This document shows positions 38,561-48,700 of a DNA stretch of 64,000 nt, one piece after another. How positions within the stretch are numbered: the stretch's first letter is position 1; each line of letters starts with the position of its first letter. Position numbers and translations under genes: made by a program. Below the pieces are notes generated by a model that ran no database searches, was not told where the DNA came from, and saw only the letters and a list, made by a program, of their open reading frames with translations. The DNA is taken from sequence record PV400809.1; one strand, written 5' to 3'.

Positions 38561-38935
38561 TTACTCTTGCGGAGGAATGAGGGTGGTACGGTTGTCGCAG
38601 TGTTCCTTGATGAACGACCGGTGGATGGCATAGGTGACCATAACCAAGAACTTCTCGAGATACTCGATGAGGTTCTTTTCGTCAACGCTGGATTTCGGTA
38701 TCGAAAAGGTGATACCTTCGGAACGGGCGCGGTAATGCACCAGCAGTTCATCATCACGCTCGACGACGATGTCAGCAACCAACGCGCCCGGCCGCGCTTT
38801 CAGCTTGACCTCGCCGATGTAGAACTCGACGATCGACGCGTTCATCTGGAAGGTAAGGGTTTGGAGCCCGAACATCATCGCTTCGATACGCTGCTCCATT
38901 GGAGTCTCAGCCAAACTCTCTTGGGTGTATTGCAT
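38561..38935 (-). CDS. Hypothetical protein
   Basis: 124 aa; AAGGAG RBS; coupled to the upstream gene. Confidence 0.7.
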   Translation of the reverse strand: MQYTQESLAETPMEQRIEAMMFGLQTLTFQMNASIVEFYIGEVKLKARPGALVADIVVERDDELLVHYRARSEGITFSIPKSSVDEKNLIEYLEKFLVMVTYAIHRSFIKEHCDNRTTLIPPQE

Positions 38936-39180
38936 TACTTAAGCTCCTTACAGTTGATGGTCAAGGTAACAAGACCTTTGGTGATGGATTTGCGGGCTTT
39001 GAGGTATTCCTTGCCTTGCGAGAAGATGTTGTTCTGCAAGCCGTGATGTTCAACAACCTGGCGCATGGCGGCCGAGCATTGAGTTGAATCATCCAACAAG
39101 GTGGATGTTGTAGCAACGTTGTCGTTGTTACCCATGCTGAGGATGTTTATGGTGACCAACAGCAGTGCTTTCGCGCTCAT
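38935..39180 (-). CDS. Small protein with a hydrophobic N-terminus and two Cys, possibly exported
   Basis: 81 aa, MSAKALLLVTINILSMG...C...C. Confidence 0.6.
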   Translation of the reverse strand: MSAKALLLVTINILSMGNNDNVATTSTLLDDSTQCSAAMRQVVEHHGLQNNIFSQGKEYLKARKSITKGLVTLTINCKELK

Positions 39181-39968
39181 GGTAGTAACCTGTGTGCTCT
39201 GAGCGAGGGGTGCTCTTCCAGCATCCTTTCTCGCATGGGGTCAATGAAATCATGAAGAACCTCAATCAACCGACCACGGCTGAGGTCGGCAGTCCCGAAA
39301 GGTTCCTTGCGCAGCTTGCCGTGAGGGTTGGTACCAAACAACGCCAACGGCTTGCTCTCTTCGGTCTGCGGGGTAACCACATGTTCACGTAAAGCGAACT
39401 CCCAACTGTCGTCCGTCCAATGCACTGCGAGGGTGTAAGGGGGGCTCTCAAAGTCCCACTTGACGCTAACCCTACCTGGCAGAATCAGTGGACTGAGGAT
39501 GTCCTTGATACGCTTGGCGACGATCAGCAACTCTTCCTCGAACAATACCTCGCCAGAGAGACCTGTTTCGAAGTCGATGGTCGGCGCAAGATTCACCCGT
39601 GCAGGTGCGTTCTCAACTGCAATTTTGTAAGCGCCGAGGAGACGAATAGCGTCGGTCGAGTTGAACAGCTGCTCGTTGCGCAGGTTAATGTCCAAGCCCA
39701 GTCGGCCTTCATCGTCCGGTTCACTCACACCGATGGAGGCGATGTAGGTACTGCCGCATGCCGTGATCTTGTAAACCTCCATCGATTTACCACGGTTGAT
39801 AGTATTATCGAGAATGAACCCCGATTGACGTTGCGGGGTTGCTTCGGTGGCCAGGTGTACTTCGCCGCGCAAGTAGACCGGTGGGGTCTTACGCGGATCG
39901 TTGGTGTTGGCTAGGACCAGCCATTCTTTCAGGAAAGAAGCGAGGGTGTGCAGGTCAGTAGTTTTCAT
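39177..39968 (-). CDS. Hypothetical protein, possibly two related domains
   Basis: 263-aa ORF. Confidence 0.7.
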   Translation of the reverse strand: MKTTDLHTLASFLKEWLVLANTNDPRKTPPVYLRGEVHLATEATPQRQSGFILDNTINRGKSMEVYKITACGSTYIASIGVSEPDDEGRLGLDINLRNEQLFNSTDAIRLLGAYKIAVENAPARVNLAPTIDFETGLSGEVLFEEELLIVAKRIKDILSPLILPGRVSVKWDFESPPYTLAVHWTDDSWEFALREHVVTPQTEESKPLALFGTNPHGKLRKEPFGTADLSRGRLIEVLHDFIDPMRERMLEEHPSLRAHRLLP

Positions 39969-40091
39969 TTATACATGGGGTCCTTTCAACGTGGTAGATG
40001 AGGATAAAGAATGCGTAAGCCTGCTGTAATACTACCAATGATGTACTGGCCTTCAACCCCCGCACTCCTTAAATCAAAAAATAGTCCCTAT

Positions 40092-40122
40092 AAAGCTAGT
40101 GGTCCTAACGGCCACTAGCTTT
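40092..40122. terminator. Terminator hairpin
   Basis: AAAGCTAGTGG/CCACTAGCTTT with TTTAT on both sides. Confidence 0.7.
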
Positions 40123-40135
40123 ATTGAAGGAATGC

Positions 40136-40576
40136 TTACTCGAACAGCTTGGCGGCCTGTTCCTGGCTGGCCGTACGTTGGGTTTCCAACCAAACGGCTT
40201 GTTCTTCGGTATGCGTGTAATCGACTGCGGTGGTGCTTTGCCCCCACAGATAATCTTCACCCACTTTCTGTTTCAGGTGATGCTGGGAATTGATGTTCAA
40301 CCCCCCGAGGTTCAGGGTACCGTCGACGGTGGTCAGTTCCTTGTTGTTTTCGAATTGACTCCGGGCGATCTGGGAGGTGGCTGTTTCAACCTGCGCGCTG
40401 ATATCGTTGAAGAAATTGACATGCTGGAGAATGCTGTCTTGGGTAACACCCTTAGGCAGTTCCACCTTCTCCGAATCGAACGTGATGTGGTTGGTGGCCT
40501 TATTGTAGTCGTGCGCGTCTACCAGACCTTTAACGCCCTTTTCCATCCATTCGCCGTATTCTTTATTGATCGACAT
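40136..40576 (-). CDS. Hypothetical protein, probably highly expressed early
   Basis: 146 aa; biased codons; own promoter and terminator. Confidence 0.75.
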   Translation of the reverse strand: MSINKEYGEWMEKGVKGLVDAHDYNKATNHITFDSEKVELPKGVTQDSILQHVNFFNDISAQVETATSQIARSQFENNKELTTVDGTLNLGGLNINSQHHLKQKVGEDYLWGQSTTAVDYTHTEEQAVWLETQRTASQEQAAKLFE

Positions 40577-40680
40577 AACAACCTCTTACTGTCCAAAAGT
40601 GGTGGTGTGACGACACCAAGACAAAGCAAGGGAAGTGGTGTACTGCCCTCGTCAGGTAGGTCCTGATGTCGCTCACCCAA

Positions 40681-40697
40681 GTAATATAGACCTGAAA
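40681..40697 (-). promoter_or_regulatory. Early promoter (best match in the window)
   Basis: TTTCAGG-TCTATATTAC contains the exact phiKZ early core TATATTAC. Confidence 0.75.
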
Positions 40698-40715
40698 TCT
40701 TTTGGGCGAAACCCC

Positions 40716-41384
40716 TTACTGCTTGCAGGGTTGGTGCAGGAAGTTCTCCAACACATCCAACGGGGTTTGTTGGAAATCAACCGATCCGCTCTCGAAGTAA
40801 GTTTCTGCTTCCTTCAGCAGGTTCTCAAAGAACTCATCTGTAAACCCATTGTTACCGATCAACTCACTCAGGCTACTGGTGAGGTCAGGGTAGTCCTCTT
40901 CCGGGACACCCGGTTCATCCACACGGTACCCCAGGTAGTTAATCAGGATACGGGCACGATCCCGGGGTTTGTCTTCATCGGTCAGGATATACTCCACCAG
41001 GGTTTTATCAACTCCCAATACACGGGTGGCAACCAATTCGAACAACTGTTCGGAACTGTTCACTTCCATGGTACAAATCTTGTCCACAGTGGCTTTGGTC
41101 AGGACATGTTCATGGGTCAGAGTATGTTTGGACCACATGCCCGGCAGTACCCCCACGGTGTTCATATACAACTTAGCCAGCTTCGCCACATAGATCCGGA
41201 CCGCATCGGTTTTCTGAGTGGAAGTAAACACGCCTTTGATGAAATGGATGTCTGTATCAGCATTCTTGGAACGTTCCCATTCCTTCTGGGCGGTTTCCCA
41301 CAATACCTGGAGAACATTAAACCCTCCCTTCACCTCACGCAGATGAAGAACCAGGGTTTGGAAATTAAGCTTTTCAATCAACAT
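40716..41384 (-). CDS. Hypothetical protein
   Basis: 222 aa; AAGGA RBS. Confidence 0.7.
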   Translation of the reverse strand: MLIEKLNFQTLVLHLREVKGGFNVLQVLWETAQKEWERSKNADTDIHFIKGVFTSTQKTDAVRIYVAKLAKLYMNTVGVLPGMWSKHTLTHEHVLTKATVDKICTMEVNSSEQLFELVATRVLGVDKTLVEYILTDEDKPRDRARILINYLGYRVDEPGVPEEDYPDLTSSLSELIGNNGFTDEFFENLLKEAETYFESGSVDFQQTPLDVLENFLHQPCKQ

Positions 41385-41456
41385 AAGGAAATTCCTTCTG
41401 GTTTAGATAGATAGCCGCAACGGACTATAAGAATAAACAAACAGCTAAAATTAATA

Positions 41457-41488
41457 ACCTAGCCTTGGGGTCTACCCCAAGGCTAGGT
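41457..41488 (-). terminator. Intrinsic terminator
   Basis: 14-bp stem ACCTAGCCTTGGGG/CCCCAAGGCTAGGT followed by TATT. Confidence 0.75.
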
Positions 41489-41502
41489 GTGCTGGCTCAG
41501 GC

Positions 41503-42366
41503 TTACCGGAACACATCCAACGAACTGGACACAATCAACCGTGCGGGTTTGGATTGAGCAGGCGTTCGTCTACGGAGATCATCCAGCATTTCCTGTACTC
41601 GAACAAAGCTTTCTGTACCCGCATAACGTTCCGCCACTTCAGGTGAACGCATCTTCTGATCACAGATGAAGAAGAGCTCTTCCATGGTCGTGGTGAACTC
41701 CATTTCCCCACCCTCAGCGGAATAGTCGTCCAGAAGGCTCTCCAAGCCCGCTGTGAGGTGTTTACAGGCACGGAGTATACCCTGCTCTATGACAGCGTCA
41801 TACGTGCTCCAGTAGTCCACCTCGCGCGTTTTATCGCCAAAGTTCTGAGGCTTGGTTACCGTACGGATACTAAACGCCGTATTAATATCCGGATTATCCA
41901 GACTTTCTTGCAGCAGTTGTTTATGGTGTGGGTTCTTCGCCCACGGAATCACTTCAATGTCGTTGTAAACCGGATCATTCGGTCCACCCGTAAAGATCCA
42001 ATGAACTTTACGAATATGACCACAGACATTATCAAAATCAATGGTCCGAAGACGGTTAATCCATTCGAAGAGATCCGTGATCTGCTTGCGAACCACTTCC
42101 CCATTGACCAAGATCTTGTAATACTGGGGTGGATGACCGATTTCACAATACATCTGACCTTCGTTCACCCGACGGTCAAAATCACTGCCTGGACGGGCAC
42201 ACTCACGAATGTAGTCATTCACACGATAGGTAATACCGGAACGGTTAGGGATATTGAACCCCCCCGCATTGATCCGGTAGTACCCCGAACTGTCCATGGG
42301 TTTGAGAATACCCCGTTTACCACTGTTCGCCAGCAGGGTATTCTCAAAGGTTAAAGTATTACTCAT
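41503..42366 (-). CDS. Prohead (head maturation) serine protease, phiKZ gp175-like
   Basis: CEIGHP (His), AFSIRT (Ser) and TYDAV (Asp) motifs. Confidence 0.85.
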   Translation of the reverse strand: MSNTLTFENTLLANSGKRGILKPMDSSGYYRINAGGFNIPNRSGITYRVNDYIRECARPGSDFDRRVNEGQMYCEIGHPPQYYKILVNGEVVRKQITDLFEWINRLRTIDFDNVCGHIRKVHWIFTGGPNDPVYNDIEVIPWAKNPHHKQLLQESLDNPDINTAFSIRTVTKPQNFGDKTREVDYWSTYDAVIEQGILRACKHLTAGLESLLDDYSAEGGEMEFTTTMEELFFICDQKMRSPEVAERYAGTESFVRVQEMLDDLRRRTPAQSKPARLIVSSSLDVFR

Positions 42367-43087
42367 CTGGGACCCCTTTAACGATCATTTCCAGATCGGT
42401 TACTTTGGTGTCTTGCTTGATAATAGCAGCCACCGTGTTGTCTTGGAGGAAACCTCCGGTGAGTTTCAAGTAGGTGCCGTCAATCAGCATCGAGCTGTTA
42501 TTCAACCCTACCCATACCGGAGGGCGACCGTCTAGCATGGCTTGACTGTTACGATACGGATTATCCAGGTTATCCGGATCCCGCATCATAACAGAATTAA
42601 AGATCCGCATGTGTTGCGGCGTATCACCGACTTCACTGCCTGATTGTATCTTGGCGTTATCAAACAAGGAAGTGACATCATTGTCTGATAAGTACCAAGG
42701 AATCTTCGCGTAGAGGTCAAACTCAGTGAAATAGAAGTAGGGCTTATTGGGGTCTTGGATATACCGAAGGTTCTCAATAAGGGTATCCCCTTCTTCAAAC
42801 TCCAGGATAAGGTACTGAACACCATCAATACCCGTCTCCCGAACGTTCATAGGGGCCATTGTGACATCCGTCAACGCCACCCAAGGGGAGTAACACTCCC
42901 CCGGAATGACAACACCCGCCACTAACGTAGTGGTCACTTTATCCCCAATAAACGCTAACCCATGTTCAGTAAAACGTTTGGGAATATGAACTTCCAAAGG
43001 ACGATTCGCAGTGACACTGTGATCGTCGTGGAGGGTGTACGCCTTACGGATCTTACTTCGGTCTCGTACGAGAGAAGTAACGTCCAT
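42359..43087 (-). CDS. Virion-associated conserved protein
   Basis: 242 aa; synteny next to the head protease. Confidence 0.6.
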   Translation of the reverse strand: MDVTSLVRDRSKIRKAYTLHDDHSVTANRPLEVHIPKRFTEHGLAFIGDKVTTTLVAGVVIPGECYSPWVALTDVTMAPMNVRETGIDGVQYLILEFEEGDTLIENLRYIQDPNKPYFYFTEFDLYAKIPWYLSDNDVTSLFDNAKIQSGSEVGDTPQHMRIFNSVMMRDPDNLDNPYRNSQAMLDGRPPVWVGLNNSSMLIDGTYLKLTGGFLQDNTVAAIIKQDTKVTDLEMIVKGVPDE

Positions 43088-43090
43088 TCA

Positions 43091-44641
43091 TTAAACTCCC
43101 AGCAGTTCACCTACCAGCAGTTCGATCAACGCCCCATGGAGGCGTTCACGCTTGCTGTTGAGGTTGTCTTCCTCACCGAGCTTAACAAAGGTCAGTTCAA
43201 TGATCTCCGCAGCCAGTTCACACCCCAACAACTTCAAGAAGTTAGGGACGAGTTTGGTTTGGAAGATGACCTCTTTCGCCCGTTGAGCCTCAATCTCCAT
43301 GCTCACAGGTTCAACGCCACTGCTCTTGCGGACATCATTCTCGTAGAGGGTGTAGAGAACGTCCAGGTCACCGCTCAGGTTCTCTTCAATGAGGGTACGG
43401 ACCGAAGACCCTTCTGCATCCAAATGCTCATACAACGCCGCCCGAGCTTCTTCCCGTTCATTCAGGAACTGAACAATAGCCCCAACACTGTTGTTAATGA
43501 AATGTTTACGGGCATCTTGGTTCAGTGGACGGTGAATACCCTCGAAGTAGTCAGCCGTCAAGTTTTTAACCAGGTCAGGGTTATTGATGAGGTCCAGGAA
43601 GCCATTCGGACGACCAGTGAGACGCCCATAGATCGAGGCGATCACACAGTCGTTCAAACTCCCCCCATTACCCGTTACCGTCTTGAGGACCTCATCGCTG
43701 TAATACACGACGACATTACCACTCAATCCCTTAACGGTAACGTCCAGGGCATCAACCGGTTTAAAGTCCACCAACTTAGAGGCTTCAGCCTCGTAGATGG
43801 CCGCTTTACGGTTACGGTAGAGTTGAACCGTGTTCTTCAACGCAATGAGGTAATGGGTCATCCCATTCCACAACAGGTTGATATACGCCCGGTAATCCTC
43901 CAGCGACCCCTTAACCAGGAACGCCGGGTCTTCCTGACTGTACATCTTCGTCAAGATCACGTAGGTCTTCAGCAGCAGGTTAAGACGTACCGATTTCACA
44001 CGCGTAAAGTCAAAGGTCGCCTCACCCTTGTAGTGGAAAAGGGATTTGAGATCGGCCAGCATCGTAATCGCGTAGAACGCGTACACGATATCTTCGAGTT
44101 TGGAATCCAGGATGGCATTAATCTCTGGGTGAGACGTGGCCACATAATCCCGGATCTCCTGTTCCGTTGCGAATTCAAACTCCAACCGTTTCAGAACATC
44201 CAGACCCACACTATCAAACGATAGTGCCTTGTTCTTGACTTCAGTGGGATAAATAGCCGAGTCAAAGAACGGATCCGAGACATTGATGTACGTGATATTG
44301 AAATGACGCAACGACGCCCAGTTCAGATCACTTCGGCTGTACAACAGACCCACTTTCTCCTGGACGGCGTCCGCCATCGGGACGCCGTAGGACTTCACCA
44401 TCTCGAACGCACCGCGGATGGTCTCAGCGGCTTTGTCACTCCCCGCCTCAATCGCTGCCGAATGCTCCGTGATCTCGGAAGTCACTTCAACCACCTTATC
44501 CCGGAAGTCCTCCTCGTACGGGAACGCCCCATAACTCAGGGTATTCAACCCCTGAAGGATCGGGGTGGATGGGACTACAGTGCCTTCAGGGAGCGCGACG
44601 GCGATGTTCTCTGCCAACGCCAGGCTGTCCTTACTGATCAT
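43091..44641 (-). CDS. Virion-associated conserved protein
   Basis: 516 aa; synteny. Confidence 0.6.
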   Translation of the reverse strand: MISKDSLALAENIAVALPEGTVVPSTPILQGLNTLSYGAFPYEEDFRDKVVEVTSEITEHSAAIEAGSDKAAETIRGAFEMVKSYGVPMADAVQEKVGLLYSRSDLNWASLRHFNITYINVSDPFFDSAIYPTEVKNKALSFDSVGLDVLKRLEFEFATEQEIRDYVATSHPEINAILDSKLEDIVYAFYAITMLADLKSLFHYKGEATFDFTRVKSVRLNLLLKTYVILTKMYSQEDPAFLVKGSLEDYRAYINLLWNGMTHYLIALKNTVQLYRNRKAAIYEAEASKLVDFKPVDALDVTVKGLSGNVVVYYSDEVLKTVTGNGGSLNDCVIASIYGRLTGRPNGFLDLINNPDLVKNLTADYFEGIHRPLNQDARKHFINNSVGAIVQFLNEREEARAALYEHLDAEGSSVRTLIEENLSGDLDVLYTLYENDVRKSSGVEPVSMEIEAQRAKEVIFQTKLVPNFLKLLGCELAAEIIELTFVKLGEEDNLNSKRERLHGALIELLVGELLGV

Positions 44642-44814
44642 TGGTTCGCTCCTTGTTTAACAACACGCTTCGTGAGGGCCTTGCTGATCTTCTCAGCCTG
44701 AATACTGGGATCCAGCGGCGCAATGTACTCCAGTCCTACCTTACGGATCGTCTGTTTAACGAACTCCGCGGTATTCGCCAGTGCAATGACATTGTTGATT
44801 AGTTCTGCTTTCAC
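44638..44814 (-). CDS. Small hypothetical protein, 58 aa, GTG start (not in ORF track)
   Basis: AGGAGAG RBS; MKAELINNVIALANTAEF...KQGANQ*; ATGA overlap with the next gene. Confidence 0.7.
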   Translation of the reverse strand: MKAELINNVIALANTAEFVKQTIRKVGLEYIAPLDPSIQAEKISKALTKRVVKQGANQ

Positions 44815-44845
44815 AGGGAAACTCTCCTACGGAAAAGAAGGTGAA

Positions 44846-45724
44846 TCAATACGAAATAACGTGACGATTTTCAGGCAACAGACCTTTGTAATACGTGGTG
44901 TACAATGTAGAAGAAATTTCACCCAGGGTGATCTTACCATCCTTATCTACATCGAACCCCTTGTTCTGGAGATACGCTTTACTCCCCTGAAGGAAGAGGA
45001 CTTCATCCGCCTTCTTACCTACTGAGGCCGGATGGAAGATCGTCAGATAGAAATCTTCCAACTGGGTATACCGCTTACCCCGTTTCATCCACATTTCGAA
45101 GTACTTGAAGACCAGATCCAATTGAGTCAACTGATCCATGGATCGAATCACACTCAACGGAACATTCAAATCATTGGCGGCTGGACTCATGAATTGAATC
45201 AACCCGTACGCTTCAGAACCTGCCGCATTCTTAATAGATGGACTGAATGTCTGACCGGTCTCAAAAGCCATACAGGACATCAGCCAATGAGGCGCTCGGT
45301 GATTCGGTACATGAACACCGCACCAATCCTTCACTTTCGCCGTAAAGGCAGGACTGACTTTACCGCTCCACGCAATGTCGTAGGTCGGCGTGCGGTAACG
45401 CTCCTTGTACACCTCGAATGCCTTATCCAAGCCACTCAAGGTCCCATTCCCCCAAATACCATCCACAGTCAGGGAATAGAGACCCAAGAAGGCCAGATTA
45501 CGCTGGAGCGCTGTAATGACGTTATAACCACTGGCATCCGAGGTGGTGGGGAGACCGATACCTCCGGTATTCTTACCCACCACCTCGGCATACCCCCGGA
45601 GCAGGGTTTCAGTGGAGGAGGAAGTTCCCTTCCCCCACACACCGTCAATCTGCCCGGTATAAAGACCCAGTTCCTTGACCAATGCTTGCAGGTCTCGGTA
45701 ACCGTTCTTCGTCCGGAAGTTCAT
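44846..45724 (-). CDS. Modular endolysin: peptidoglycan-binding domain plus lytic transglycosylase (EL188-like)
   Basis: Two DGxWGxGT PG-binding repeats, AFET catalytic Glu, GLIQF motif; matches my memory of phage EL gp188. Confidence 0.92.
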   Translation of the reverse strand: MNFRTKNGYRDLQALVKELGLYTGQIDGVWGKGTSSSTETLLRGYAEVVGKNTGGIGLPTTSDASGYNVITALQRNLAFLGLYSLTVDGIWGNGTLSGLDKAFEVYKERYRTPTYDIAWSGKVSPAFTAKVKDWCGVHVPNHRAPHWLMSCMAFETGQTFSPSIKNAAGSEAYGLIQFMSPAANDLNVPLSVIRSMDQLTQLDLVFKYFEMWMKRGKRYTQLEDFYLTIFHPASVGKKADEVLFLQGSKAYLQNKGFDVDKDGKITLGEISSTLYTTYYKGLLPENRHVISY

Positions 45725-45726
45725 CG

Positions 45727-48700
45727 TTATTTACCTCTGTAGAGTTTAATGGCTTGGCGAGTGATCTGGAAACCATACTCATTAGCAACCAGCTTGTTCC
45801 TCAAACTGAGTACCATTCGGTTAAACATCCCTTTAAAGCTCGACTTCACATCAATTACAATCCCACTGGCAGTCTTAAGCGGTCTTTCCATGATACGACC
45901 CACAGTGGCTTTCATCTGGTTCCCAATGACATACTTATCCGCATTGGTACTCGGGTCTAACGACTCGATGTAGAACGTAATGAATGCCTTACCTGGACCT
46001 AACATGGGACGATTAAGATTGAACATCGTGGAAATGGCATTGTTCTCGACACCGGTTCCTTCCACCAACCCTTTCCGTTTCGTTTCCTTATCCTTCTGAA
46101 CAATGAACGAACGGAACGAGTCAGACATCTTGTCTAAGGGAGAGTTGTACCGAACATCGATGTGTACGATCTTTCCATGATGCTTCGAACGGATCTGTTT
46201 GATACCGAGTTTGTTGATGTCTGCTTCGAGCTCAGGAAGCTCCTCGCCCTCCACCAAGTGAGGCTCTTCGATATCACATAAAATCGTGTCCTGTTCGACG
46301 TAATCTCCTACCTTAACCCGCATCACCAGGTTGTTTGACACGTCCTCGGCAAACCGACTGGGTTTAATGAATGGGGTACGTGCTTCCATGGCCAATTCTT
46401 TCGAAATTGCAATAGAGTCCTCGTACACATCCTGGTCTTCCACCATAACGATCTGGCACATCTTACCCATCTTAACCCCGACCTGCCCTGGGCAGAAGGG
46501 GTCTCGACCGAACCAGTTTTCATCCCAGCCGATGACATCTCCCTTACGGAAGGTATCTCCGACCTTCAGATCCGTGGTACGGTTATGAGGATGGTATTCC
46601 CCACTGGCTTCTCCAATCACCAACCCCAAGGGGTACGAGTCCGTTGTTCCATCCTTGTATTCGACGAGTAAGCGATCGTTCTCCACTTTAGTGACCTTAC
46701 CATCTTCAGCGGCTACTTTGCTGTAAAGATCGGAGGTCCGGTGGGCCAGTACGTTCTCGTAACCCGTTCTCAGGGTAACGATCTCGTAGTTCTTAGCCAT
46801 CACTGCTTGAGAGGCCTGAGTCGATGTGAATACTGCTCGCTTCACATCGTCATGCGTTCCACCGTACATCAGGTTCATGGTAACCGAACCGTCACCGGTA
46901 GGGGTACGTTTGTTCTTGGGATCAACATTGCCTCGGAAATCAGCGATACCCGGATCAGAGGTGGTGTAGGTCACATACCCCACTTTACCACTGTCCTTGT
47001 TGGCTTCACTGATGACCCCTTTGTAACTCTCCAGCTGAGTCCGTGCGCGTTTGACCATGGTGATTTCACTACGACCACCTGTTCCACCAAACGTCACTTC
47101 CTCTTGGTCCTTCACTTGGTGAACCGGATTCACTTCTTCCACCAAGTTCGTAGACCGGTCAGTACCAATGGCAATAATAACCGCATCCGGGTTAAAGTCC
47201 AGTTTGTGTTTACGCCCTTTCCCTTTATTCCGGTATTGACGAATGGACTTTACAAATTCCGTGTAGAGATGACCTGCGAAGCGTTCATACCCTACAATGC
47301 GCTGCTCTTCAATCTCCACCTCGTGCCGACTGTAATCCGTTTCCAATGCCTTAGCTGCATCAATCAGCAAGTAATGGAAGTCTTCAGACAGCTTCATCTC
47401 TTTCAAAAGGTCTTTCGTAATGGGATCAATAAAGAGATCGAAGAGGTTCTTCATTTCCTGGAACTGAGATGGACGAACCCGAGGGTCTCCCATCAACGCA
47501 CTCCAGATACTGTTATTATTCAAATCACTCCGACTGAAGTTACTGATGTTGTTCAACTTCGGCATTCCACCAAAGATCAACGTGGTGAGCTTCTCCCGAC
47601 GGTTAAAGATCAAGTATTCGTCATTGAACTGAATCGCGTATTCATCCTCCGTCAATTTAGGGCGAGTCCCTACGGGTACCGAACGCGTCGTGGCTTTAAT
47701 CACCCGCAACAGTTCATCAATACCGAAGTAGAAGCACAGGACCACTCCCAACGGAAACGAATACCCGCTGATGTTAATCACCACGTGTTCCAAAGGCGCT
47801 TTACGAACATCAATACCGAGCAAGTCTTCAACAGTACCGAGTTCCTCTTCCCCTTTGTACAGGTTACCGTAATCATCAATGATCAAAGGTAATCCGTCCT
47901 TTACCCCAATCAAGAACCGATCAGGGCGGGTATAGGCTTTGAACTCAGGGTGGAGTTCCAGGAGATCCTTCAACCGGAAGTCCAATACCAACCCGTCGAC
48001 AGTAATGTACTTGTACTGACGGGCCAGAATGCTGTAAATCCGAGGGGCTTTAAGGGAGCGATCCCAAGTACTGCCTTTAGTGACCGTATACCCTTTCCGT
48101 TTACTCTGGAGGGAGATTTGCTTCACCATGAACGTAGAGAGGTTATCCACCATCTTCGGACTACGACTCACCATGAGCTTACGGTCATAATAGCTCGACA
48201 GCACCACTTCCCGGGGACTGATCTTCCGGAAGGGTTTCTCCCGACGTTGCAGTTGCATGTGTTGCTTAACACCATCAATGACGTAGGTGCCGTCTTTCAG
48301 CACCGTAGGCAGCCGAGTATGTACAGTGACCTGATCACCATTGACTTCGTGCAACTGAATGCTGTGGACCTCGTAACTGCCTTCTACGCTGACGACCTTC
48401 TCACGCCGGTAGTCGTTCATCGCAAAGCCAGCGTTCTGAAGACCCAACACCATTCGACCAATATCCCGGTGTAAAAACTTCTGAGGATATTCGATCTTGA
48501 GGGATTTGGCACGACTCCGCAACATGCTCTCATCCAGTACGGGGAGAAACTCACCTTCAATCTCTCCACCCAGGTCTTTAACCTCTTCGGGTTTAATCTG
48601 AATGAACTCTTCGAACGTTTGACCGTTCTCCATTTCAATGTGTTGATAACGGGTCGCTTTACGCATGAAGAAATCATGTTCAGCTACCGTCAGCGTACCT

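Noticed and set aside
17302-40675. ATGTCGCTCA shared by two intergenic regions (17302 and 40666)
   Set aside because: A single 10-mer match is within chance expectation
42962-44224. 420-aa ORF antisense to the 516-aa gene
   Set aside because: Shadow ORF with no supporting signals
46741-47892. 383-aa ORF antisense to RNAP beta
   Set aside because: Shadow ORF inside a conserved gene
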